A stretch of 32,000 bases of DNA from Candidatus Heimdallarchaeota archaeon. Its GTDB lineage: Archaea > Asgardarchaeota > Wukongarchaeia > Wukongarchaeales > JBHIFL01. Positions 8,515 through 16,568 of this stretch are shown here, one piece after another. The stretch is taken from NCBI GenBank assembly GCA_046761065.1, contig JBHIFL010000019.1:1-32000 (forward strand), read 5' to 3'. The position numbers were made by a program, and so were the translations under genes. Position 1 is the first letter of the stretch, and every line of letters starts with the position of its first letter. Under the pieces are notes generated by a model. The model was not told where the DNA came from. It saw only the letters and a list, made by a program, of their open reading frames with translations, and searched no databases.

Positions 8515-9024
8515 CTAGGAGGATTTTTCTTTCAGAACCCGCTCATAAACTGTTTTTACCCGATCAGCAACAGGACCTGTTCCGTCTACTCCTTTTTCGG
8601 TTACTTTAACCCGCTCTAATACCATAATAATACCATTATCTAGATCGAGGCGAACCCCTCCTTTGGGAAATATCCGGGCAAGTTCATCAGCCAGACCCAC
8701 GAGATCAAAGGGTTCTTCCTCCAAAGCAATTTCAGATACTCTTGAACCTGAAATAAAGACTTTGTGGAACGTTTCATTCTTTGCCACTGCCTTATCAAGG
8801 CAAATACTTAATGTCCCAGGGTGATAACCTTGAAGACGTCCAATATATACTTTGTTCTCAGTGGATACCCTAACTAACTTCCCAATAAGCCGAGACAACT
8901 CTCGTTGAAATGCCCGCATAGCAGCACTTTCACTCATTAATTCAAGGAACCTCCTCACCGCCATATCTTGCCAAAAACCAATTTTAGGAACTAAATAGCG
9001 GCATCTATCTTTTATTGCCTCCAA
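8515..9024 (-). CDS. Sm-like (LSm) domain protein with an ~80 aa C-terminal extension
   Basis: LIGKLVRVSTENKVYIGRLQGYHPGTLSICLDKA (Sm1-like) and HKVFISGSRVSEIAL (Sm2-like). TTG start at 9024; internal ATG alternatives exist. Confidence 0.55.
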   Translation of the reverse strand: MEAIKDRCRYLVPKIGFWQDMAVRRFLELMSESAAMRAFQRELSRLIGKLVRVSTENKVYIGRLQGYHPGTLSICLDKAVAKNETFHKVFISGSRVSEIALEEEPFDLVGLADELARIFPKGGVRLDLDNGIIMVLERVKVTEKGVDGTGPVADRVKTVYERVLKEKSS

Positions 9025-9366
9025 TTCTTATCAATTTTGTGGTAAGTAGTTGTCATTAATCCTTCACTAAAGTGGTTAGGGTTACACTTGCTTTTCCCTG
9101 ATAGATGTATCAAGGGGAGTGCATTAAATGAGTTAATGGCAGCCCAAGCCGCATTTTTTTACAGGGCTTATCTGATAAGTGTTGAAATGGGTCCAGGAAG
9201 GCCTATGAGAATTATTTCGCTCCGATGGAATGTGGTTCGCGAGGAAGTGATTCTCTTTATATATAAGGTACCAATACTTAGTGTTGTGCTTGCTTAATTG
9301 CTAGCTTTCGCTATGTGATTTCAAATGGCTCTTGAAACGATTTAACAATCGTAGTAAATCTCATCT

Positions 9367-10086
9367 TTAAATATAAATTCGTCGAAGGTCGCTCGGTTCT
9401 CCTTTATCTTCTTGACTTTGCAATCGTGTCTCTTCTAACTCTCTTTCAATTCGCGCCGCATCCTCAATAAGACGCGTAGTATCAACATCTACTCCGATGA
9501 ATCTTGTAAGATCCTTAATAACCACTGATGCCGCAAAGGGATCCGGTCGTATAGGATCTGCATAGGCGAGTATTGCGATTGCGGGTATACCCCTTAGCTC
9601 ACAAAAACCCAATGTGAGAGCTAAAGGACCTGCCACTAAGAGACCAGGTTCTAATAAAGCCGTTTTAAAGGAAACTCCTTCATTTGGAAACTTCGAAGTA
9701 GGAACATAGCGAATATCGCCTTGGGATACTTTTTTTAATCTAGCATCTACCCCTCCTGCAAGAAAGACCCGTCGAAAGCCCACTTCGCTGATCCAATCGA
9801 CTAACGACTCTACAAATTGATGTTGATGTTGATAAGGTTGAAAATGGGTTACAAGGGAGATCAAATTTTCCTTTGCATATATTTCGAAAGGAAATACAAT
9901 CATTCGCCCTTTCAAAGAGATGAAAGGTGGGAAACCATCTTCGGGAATAACGACCCCAATCCTTTTAGCTCCAGTTTCTTCGCCAATATGCCGTACAACG
10001 AGATATCCGACTCGTCCAAGTCCATGAAAACCTACCAAAAAATCTTTCCCTTGAAACTTTTCTTCTATATCAAAAATAAATTGCAA
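9367..10086 (-). CDS. PAC2-family proteasome assembly chaperone-like protein
   Basis: ~239 aa with LVGFHGLGRVGYLVVRHI near the N-terminus, ...GLLVAGPLAL..., and an acidic helical tail. Pattern recalled for archaeal PAC2/DUF75 proteins, not verified by search. Confidence 0.55.
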   Translation of the reverse strand: MQFIFDIEEKFQGKDFLVGFHGLGRVGYLVVRHIGEETGAKRIGVVIPEDGFPPFISLKGRMIVFPFEIYAKENLISLVTHFQPYQHQHQFVESLVDWISEVGFRRVFLAGGVDARLKKVSQGDIRYVPTSKFPNEGVSFKTALLEPGLLVAGPLALTLGFCELRGIPAIAILAYADPIRPDPFAASVVIKDLTRFIGVDVDTTRLIEDAARIERELEETRLQSQEDKGEPSDLRRIYI

Positions 10087-10405
10087 TTTGCATTCACCTT
10101 TATTATATTTCTAGGGGAAGACACTACTCTTGTAGTGGTGATAAGTCCCGTTAGACTAAAGATGGTTGGTTCTCTTCATATACCTGTGGATACCCTCCTT
10201 ATTTTCCAGTCATTTCCTTGTTATAACTCTACACTCAAAATTTATCCCCAATTCTTCTCTTTATTCTAAGATATATGCTCCTTCGGCTCTTTTCTCCTGC
10301 TACTACATAGCTACTACAAATCGGGCTTCTAATACGCTACTTTGCTTTGGTGAGAAGGTGAATGGTGCTTTCATTATGCAACCACTAGATCATTAAGGAA
10401 CTCAA

Positions 10406-11341
10406 GTGAACTATTCCATCCTTAGGGACGGAGCTTCTCCCATCGCGTTATGAGTTCCATTTTATGCGAAATTTGCTGTGGGGGATCGGGATGGGTTCAC
10501 GGCCGCCCTATCTCGTAGGATATGCCCAAAAAGCCTGTTCAGAATATTTCACGCCCCATTCAGGTCGGCGTTATAATCTAACCCACAGGCACAGGGGAAT
10601 TGCCTCTTGGTTCATAGGTCTTTAGTGCGACAACAACGACTTAGCTGGGAACTGTAGGCTTCATTCATGAGGAGCCCCAGAATGTCTTCCCACAAGGCTG
10701 GATATGCGATCTCGGTGTTGATTTGGAACGAGGGCATGGGATGAAGGTAGCGATTATTCTTCTGACATCAGCGTGTTCCTTACCTCCATGGGATCTCGTG
10801 GTTCTTCAAGTCGTTGACAACGATTATTACCTGGTATGTGTCCTCCCTGAGTTCTTTTACTTTGTCCATTAAGGGAGAAATGATAGGATGTCCATTGAAA
10901 TATGTCGCCGGGGATCCACTGATATGGATTGATTCCAAAAGTTGATAAACTTCCTCGAGGTAGAACATGAATGGTTGAAACAATATTCAATGCACTACAT
11001 GACCCTCTGCACCATACCTTCTTTTCGGATCGAATTCCAATTGGAATATAAAACCCAGAGGGAATGTCTCCTTCTCTTCATGAATGAGTCCAATACTTCC
11101 CATCGAAGCCACCTGTACAAGGCTAAAGATGTATGCGCGAAGAGACAATTGCACTATGTCTGTGTCTTGGAATATAATGCGAATTTGAATAGCGCGTAGA
11201 ATATCCTCAACTGGCCTATCAGGTATATCATGCGAGATAGAACCACTCTAAATCTGTACAGAACCCCAAAACGAACATAGGTTTAGATAAGGCACAATTA
11301 ATGATGAGGAAAGCTCCTTCCCTCGGAGTGGAGTAGTTCAC
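10406..11341 (-). mobile_element. decayed TnpB-type (IS200/IS605 OrfB-like RuvC/zinc-ribbon nuclease) element remnant bounded by imperfect ~31-bp inverted repeats
   Basis: Minus-strand fragments in different frames: YQVIIVVNDLKNHE (RuvC-II-like, E replaced by N), EAYSSQLSRCCRTKD (like YTSQxCSxCG), and RQFPCACGLDYNADLNGA-TGA-NILNR (like FxCxxCGxxxDRDxNAAxNIL, with an in-frame TGA at 10549-10551). Ends: 10406-10436 gtgaactattccatccttagggacggagctt versus the reverse complement of 11311-11341, 24/31 identical. Confidence 0.55.
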
Positions 11342-11418
11342 ACTATCAAATACCCGATAAAAAAGTATTAAAAACCTCTTTAATCATTCCATCCTAGCCA
11401 TGAGATAACTATTCCTAA

Positions 11419-11593
11419 GCGGGGGTCTCCGAGCCAGGTCAACGCTCAGATCTACCGAGTGGCCTATAAGGAGCAGGACTGTCCATTTCCAATCTGGAAA
11501 GATAAGGGTCTAGAGGCTCCTGTGTGGTAGCACTTCGAGGGTTCAAAAAGAAAATAAAAAAATCTTTTCTGGAAAATCCCTCCCCCCGCACCA
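11419..11593 (+). tRNA. tRNA-Leu(GAG), class II, 175 nt gene with three intervening sequences (D-arm ~26 nt, anticodon loop 32 nt, T-loop ~29 nt); CCA encoded
   Basis: Acceptor gcggggg 11419-25 pairs with cccccgc 11583-89, followed by A73 and cca. D stem tcc 11428-30 / gga 11470-72. Anticodon stem cagga 11474-78 / tcctg 11518-22. The loop is ct + gaggc after removing 11481-11512, giving anticodon GAG with G37. Variable arm tgtggtagcacttc. T stem gaggg 11537-41 / ccctc 11578-82, with ttcaaa...t split by 11548-11576. Confidence 0.75.
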
Positions 11594-11887
11594 TTACATA
11601 CCCATCACAAGAAATCTCATAGATTATTTTTTCATTTTTGAATAATCAATTAATCAAGTAGTGAACTATAGAGAATTTATTCGAGGCATTTATTTGGCAA
11701 TTGAGTATTATTAAATTTTTTAAAAAGCATTTTATTTTCAGATAACTCGGTCACTTGGGAGAGAAATTTAATAGGTTAAATGGGTCAGAATAGACTTTTA
11801 ACAAATTATTTTATGCGAATGAGCTATTATTCGTGTAGTAAGAAAATATTCGAGGGTAAAAGTCTCATATTTTATTTAGGGGTATGC

Positions 11888-12982
11888 ATGAAATCAATTT
11901 TTCACCGACACTTACAAAATACGATACAAGACCCCCACCAGTGTGAGGAGTGTGGTGGGACTCTGATCCAAACAAGTTCGGGTATCACATGTTCCCAATG
12001 TGGATTGGTAAATTTCCAGATGTTTGATGATCCATTATTGAAAATTTCAGAAAGGGACGAAGAGGAGACTGGGGCATTTTCTTATTATGGAGAAAGATCT
12101 CACATCGTTGATGGGATGGGAAGTTTTGTCAGTTATTATGGCGTGAAAACCTTGAGAGATGCCAAGGGAAAAAGACTTAGTCGTGCCAATGAACAAAGGT
12201 TCTTGCGACTCAAGAGGATTAATGATCTTCAATTACATACAATGAACCGGGAATCAGATTATCGAGCGCTCATGGTTCTTAATCGAATGACAAGCTCATT
12301 TCAATTAACAAAGCAAATTCGAGGTCGTGCTGCATATCTGCTTCGTGTTATGATACCATTTATAGATAAAAGCCCAGGATTAAACCGAATCATCTTAGTG
12401 GCAACGGCACTTTACATTTCAATGAGGGAAAATCCTGATGGGAATCCCATCACCCTAACCGAGTTGGTAGAGGGTTTCAAAAAGCAAGGTCATCGTATTT
12501 CAAAAAAAATAATTGTTCGGGCATTATGGACCCTCCGACCAAAGCTTTCAAGAACTTTGGATTTTAATAAAATATTGTCGAAAAGTCAGGATTATATTGC
12601 AACAGTCCTCTACAAGCTCCAAATCGCAGATAAAATAAAAAGGCGGATTAATACACGAAATGTTGATGAACAAAAATATTACCAATCTCTTTTAAAGGAA
12701 ACACGAGATTTACTTCAACGAATTCCTTATCAAGTGCGAGGAGGGCGAAATCCATATATTTTTACAGTGAGTGCCGTGTACGCCGCGGATCACATTATTT
12801 CTCGAAGAGAATTAAAAATTCGCCCTGTTCTTTCGCAAAAAGTAATAGCTGAGGCCACAAATGTTGCAGAATACAGTGTTCGAGATCATTTTGCTCAAGT
12901 CATTTCGAAGTATTTAGATATGAACCCAGGTTCCCAATACAAAGAGAAATTGAGCGGTAGGCATGCTCCTAGCAGGGTTTAG
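11888..12982 (+). CDS. divergent transcription factor B (TFIIB-like) paralog
   Basis: N-terminal zinc ribbon CEECGGTLIQTSSGITCSQCG, then two cyclin-like repeats (QLTKQIRGRAAYLLRVM...RIILVATALYISMRENPDGNPITLTELV; ...RGGRNPYIFTVSAVYAADHII...SQKVIAEATNVAEYSVRDHF). ATG 11888 is preferred to ORF-track 11780. Confidence 0.7.
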   Translation: MKSIFHRHLQNTIQDPHQCEECGGTLIQTSSGITCSQCGLVNFQMFDDPLLKISERDEEETGAFSYYGERSHIVDGMGSFVSYYGVKTLRDAKGKRLSRANEQRFLRLKRINDLQLHTMNRESDYRALMVLNRMTSSFQLTKQIRGRAAYLLRVMIPFIDKSPGLNRIILVATALYISMRENPDGNPITLTELVEGFKKQGHRISKKIIVRALWTLRPKLSRTLDFNKILSKSQDYIATVLYKLQIADKIKRRINTRNVDEQKYYQSLLKETRDLLQRIPYQVRGGRNPYIFTVSAVYAADHIISRRELKIRPVLSQKVIAEATNVAEYSVRDHFAQVISKYLDMNPGSQYKEKLSGRHAPSRV

Positions 12983-12999
12983 GATCGAAGAGGGGCACG

Positions 13000-14517
13000 A
13001 TGGATCGGATTCACCTTGTGGACGAATATCCTGTGGCTCCTTATACTATTCAAATTTATAGTGGGTCACCTACAAAGTCCCTTGAAAAGCTATATGTGCC
13101 CCGTCTTGCACTAGGAAAAAGCCAAGACTTGCTTTTTCTTGATAAAATAAAAAAAGAGACCATAACAAGATTGAAGAGCTTTCAAAAAGCCCCTTATATT
13201 GTGAAACTTGAGGAGTTATCGACAGAACTTGATTATTTGATTAAAAAAGTAGTTGAAGACTTGAACATTAAAATAGACCTGTTTCTATTAAGATTTATCC
13301 GTTATCAAATCTTAGGCTTTTCTAAAATTTTGCCCCTTCTCCTTGATCAACATATTGAAGAAATCTATCTTGATAATCTCCAAACTCCTATATATGTTGA
13401 CCATGCGCAATGGGGGCGTTGTCAAACCAATATTTATCTAGCTAATGAAGACGCCCAGCGACTTATCACCCGCGCTAGAATCGAAGGAAATGCGCCCCTT
13501 AATCGGGGGAACCCCTCTTTAAAGACCGATCTGGTGACTCAAGATTTTACCACTCGAATAAGCATTGATATGGCCCCTTTGGTCATTGAAGGGATTCATT
13601 TCGACATTAGAAAGTTGTCATTACAGCCCCGGACACTTCAGGATCTTATTCAAAATCAGACACTCCCTCCTATCGTTGCTGCCTATCTCGTCTTCCTTCT
13701 CTTGCATCGTTGTAATATTGCTGTCATTGGTGAACCGGGATCTGGTAAGACAACCCTGATGAACGCTTTAGATTTATTAACTCCACGTCATTGGCGAAAA
13801 ATCACTATTGAAGATATAATCGAAAGTATTGATCAATCAAAATTGGGGTTTCATCAAGTGCGATTTAAAGTGGATCCTATAGAAAAAGAGCGCAAAACCA
13901 GCACAAAGAGTTTGGAGATAGTAAAACTTCTTCACAGATCCCCAGACTGGGTCTACCTTGGAGAGATACAGACAGAAGAACAGACTAAAGCCCTCTTTCA
14001 TGCGTTATCGACTGGGTTGAGAGGGATTTTCTCCTATCATGCCACCTCTCCTGAGCATCTTGTGATTCGTTCTACTGCACACTATAAAATCCCCCCCATT
14101 TCTCTCCATGCTTTAGATGTTATTGTACAAATGAAGAAAACATGGAAAAAAAATAAGTTACGACGTTTTGTTTACCGAATTTCTGAGATAGGAGAACTTC
14201 CAGAAGAGCAACTATCAACCGGTTTGCAAAACGCTTTCATTGAGATTAAGGATATTTTCAGGTTTCAACCCAGCACGTCTCAACTAGAACGGGTGGCAGA
14301 TCTTTACACAACCCCCACCCTCGAGCAGATTAAAACGGAACTATATATTAATAAAACCTCATTTTATAAAAAACTCAAAGCATTAAGTGGAACGCTTTCA
14401 GTCTCATATCAAACTGAAAATTTAAACCGAGACCTGAATAGAAAAATCAGAAAAGTAAACTATAATTTACCACAATTACTATTAAATATAATACACAACG
14501 AGGGAGGAAAATCTTAA
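13000..14517 (+). CDS. FlaI/PilB/VirB11-family type II/IV secretion (type IV filament) ATPase, divergent
   Basis: Walker A VIGEPGSGKTTLMNAL, Asp-box-like KITIEDIIE, Walker B/His box HRSPDWVYLGEIQTEEQTKALFHALSTGLRGIFSYHATS. FlaI-like N-terminal domain (IEEIYLDN...PIYVDH...TRISIDMAP...FDIRKL). Confidence 0.8.
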   Translation: MDRIHLVDEYPVAPYTIQIYSGSPTKSLEKLYVPRLALGKSQDLLFLDKIKKETITRLKSFQKAPYIVKLEELSTELDYLIKKVVEDLNIKIDLFLLRFIRYQILGFSKILPLLLDQHIEEIYLDNLQTPIYVDHAQWGRCQTNIYLANEDAQRLITRARIEGNAPLNRGNPSLKTDLVTQDFTTRISIDMAPLVIEGIHFDIRKLSLQPRTLQDLIQNQTLPPIVAAYLVFLLLHRCNIAVIGEPGSGKTTLMNALDLLTPRHWRKITIEDIIESIDQSKLGFHQVRFKVDPIEKERKTSTKSLEIVKLLHRSPDWVYLGEIQTEEQTKALFHALSTGLRGIFSYHATSPEHLVIRSTAHYKIPPISLHALDVIVQMKKTWKKNKLRRFVYRISEIGELPEEQLSTGLQNAFIEIKDIFRFQPSTSQLERVADLYTTPTLEQIKTELYINKTSFYKKLKALSGTLSVSYQTENLNRDLNRKIRKVNYNLPQLLLNIIHNEGGKS

Positions 14518-14543
14518 TCTGTTTATATTAAGCTTATAGAAAA

Positions 14544-16040
14544 GTGAAACGGGGAAAGTCACGGAATATGTTCTTGATGAAGCGTATTTTAAGAAGGCTT
14601 GGCTTTATTCCCCTTGGCGCCCTTTGCCAAAAAACTTCTCAGGAAAAATATATTGATCAATACTTGGAGGAAACATTTGGTATTAATAAAAGAACCTTTA
14701 CAAATAGTTTAATTACTCTACTATTATTATCCTCTTTGTTGATGGGAAGCCTTCTTCTTTTAAGTGGAAAATCACTTATAACCAGCTCTTTAGTCTCACT
14801 TGTCTTTTTTCTTTTTTTAATAAAAATTATCGATCATCTAATTCATACTTCTTATGAGTTACAGCGAACCAGAAAAGATATCACTTCGATTCTTGTTTTA
14901 GCCGAAATTTGGGCAGTTTGGGAGATTACTGGATCTATTTTTGATCTAATTCGATATATAACTCGAGGAAATTATCCAGAACTTTGTGAAAAATGGCAAC
15001 AGCTTCTCATAGACATCAATCTTGGCATGGATCCGGAGAAATCTCTTAGGAAGTTTTTTAAAAAAAATCAATATTTCGAGCTTGATCATGTAATTACTAT
15101 CCTACTTCACAGATCAACACCAGATGAAGCAATTTCCTTAAAGATTGAGGAAATCAAGAGGAATCTCCATGCCCGCTATTTATCAGGATTACAAAAACTC
15201 TCAGATCTGACCTCATTGATAATCGGAGCCAACGGAATTTTACCAATTAGTCTAATTTTAATCTTTTTGATTGCTGGTTTGGGAAATACTCCATTGATCA
15301 TGATCATTCCCACTCTAACAACGTTTCTTACGGCACTTGTTCTTCATCTTGGATTTCAAAACTTCTTTTTAGATCAGTCAAAAGAACACATACTCCAAGA
15401 GAATGAACTCGGTTGGTTTTTATTAAATCTCGGGAGAAAACTCGAAAAAATAGATTGCCAAGAGATTGCTCTCACAGATTTATTATTCGAAGAGGATACT
15501 TCATTCAAAATTGACTCCGAAACCATGGCAGATATTGTATATAACTTGGAAAATACACCACTTCTTGAAAAAACCTTTAATAAATTCCCAAACATCCGTA
15601 ATACAGCACGATTATGTGATAAATTCCTAACACTAGATGTTAGAATTGCTGCCAATAGCATTAAAAAGATTGGTGCCACATTAAATGAGAATAGTTCAAT
15701 TAAAATAAAAGTCCAAAAAGCTATTGATGCTGAGAAGAACCGTATAAAAATGATTCAAGCAATAAATGCTCCAATATTGGGGCTTTTAATATCTATAACC
15801 CCTATACTTTCGCTTATAGGAAATGTTCGCGACTTAGGGAGCCCAAACCTATTGATTTTTCCAAATATCACCCCTTGGTGGGGCCTAATGGCATCAGTAA
15901 GTATTATAATATTAGGGGGCATATACACGCTTAGGAAGCTTTCAGGCAAGACACTAGATACTGTTCAGCTCGGCTTTAATCTCATTCTATTTGTCAGCGC
16001 CTTTTATATCGGTACAAGCTTTATATCTCAACTTTACTGA
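14544..16040 (+). CDS. polytopic membrane protein, FlaJ/TadC/PilC-like platform candidate
   Basis: ~498 aa with several hydrophobic spans separated by two soluble helical regions. It follows the ATPase by 26 nt on the same strand. Family assignment rests on architecture and context, not a clear motif. GTG 14544 or ATG 14568 start. Confidence 0.5.
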   Translation: MKRGKSRNMFLMKRILRRLGFIPLGALCQKTSQEKYIDQYLEETFGINKRTFTNSLITLLLLSSLLMGSLLLLSGKSLITSSLVSLVFFLFLIKIIDHLIHTSYELQRTRKDITSILVLAEIWAVWEITGSIFDLIRYITRGNYPELCEKWQQLLIDINLGMDPEKSLRKFFKKNQYFELDHVITILLHRSTPDEAISLKIEEIKRNLHARYLSGLQKLSDLTSLIIGANGILPISLILIFLIAGLGNTPLIMIIPTLTTFLTALVLHLGFQNFFLDQSKEHILQENELGWFLLNLGRKLEKIDCQEIALTDLLFEEDTSFKIDSETMADIVYNLENTPLLEKTFNKFPNIRNTARLCDKFLTLDVRIAANSIKKIGATLNENSSIKIKVQKAIDAEKNRIKMIQAINAPILGLLISITPILSLIGNVRDLGSPNLLIFPNITPWWGLMASVSIIILGGIYTLRKLSGKTLDTVQLGFNLILFVSAFYIGTSFISQLY

Positions 16041-16074
16041 AAAACCCCCTCGTTAAGAATCATTAAAGAATTAA

Positions 16075-16180
16075 TGGTGCCCCGTGGGGGATTTTCCCCG
16101 AAACACACAATGTTTCGATTTTGAACCCCCGTCGCGAGATCGAGAGTCTCGCATGCTTGACCGTGCTACACCAACGGGGC
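16075..16180 (-). tRNA. tRNA-Glu(CUC) with a 28-nt T-loop intron; CCA encoded
   Basis: Minus strand: gccccgt tg gtgtagcacggtcaagcat g cgaga ctctcga tctcg cgac ggggg ttcaaa [atcgaaacattgtgtgtttcggggaaaa] t ccccc acggggc a cca. The intron is plus-strand 16092-16119 and contains a 7-bp hairpin cgaaaca/tgtttcg. Confidence 0.8.
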
Positions 16181-16568
16181 TTTACACTTTCGGTTTTTTA
16201 GATATAATTTTATTTTTTCAATTATACCTATCAATTGAGGTGAAAACCCTTTTAATATCACAGATAGTGGACCTCCAATTCTAAAACTTTTGAAGATCCT
16301 ACCTCTAAAAACACTGCTTTGATACAAAACTGATAGGCTAGATTATCTAGGTTTCCTCCTTAAATGTTCCTTTATTAACTTTGTTTTATTTAATCTGTCC
16401 ATATTTTAGCTTATTGTGAATCATTTGAAGTGAGTGGATATTCCTATTTTAAAAACGCATTCAAATCCTCTATGAACAAAAAATCTATCTGAGTCCTTGA
16501 AATCCAACTCTTGAAGATTGAAGTCTAGTGTGTGACTTATAGATTTTTTATTTTTTAAACATTGAAAG

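Noticed and set aside
9088-10396. Small plus-strand ORFs (9088-9297, 9817-10269, 10166-10396)
   Set aside because: The first is intergenic with no signal. The second is antisense to the PAC2 gene. The third is low-complexity Ser/Leu/Phe-rich in AT-rich non-coding DNA.
11299-11306. C-box-like aatgatga that might mark a C/D box sRNA
   Set aside because: No D box (ctga) or C'/D' pair at suitable spacing and no terminal stem. It lies within the right inverted-repeat end of the TnpB relic.
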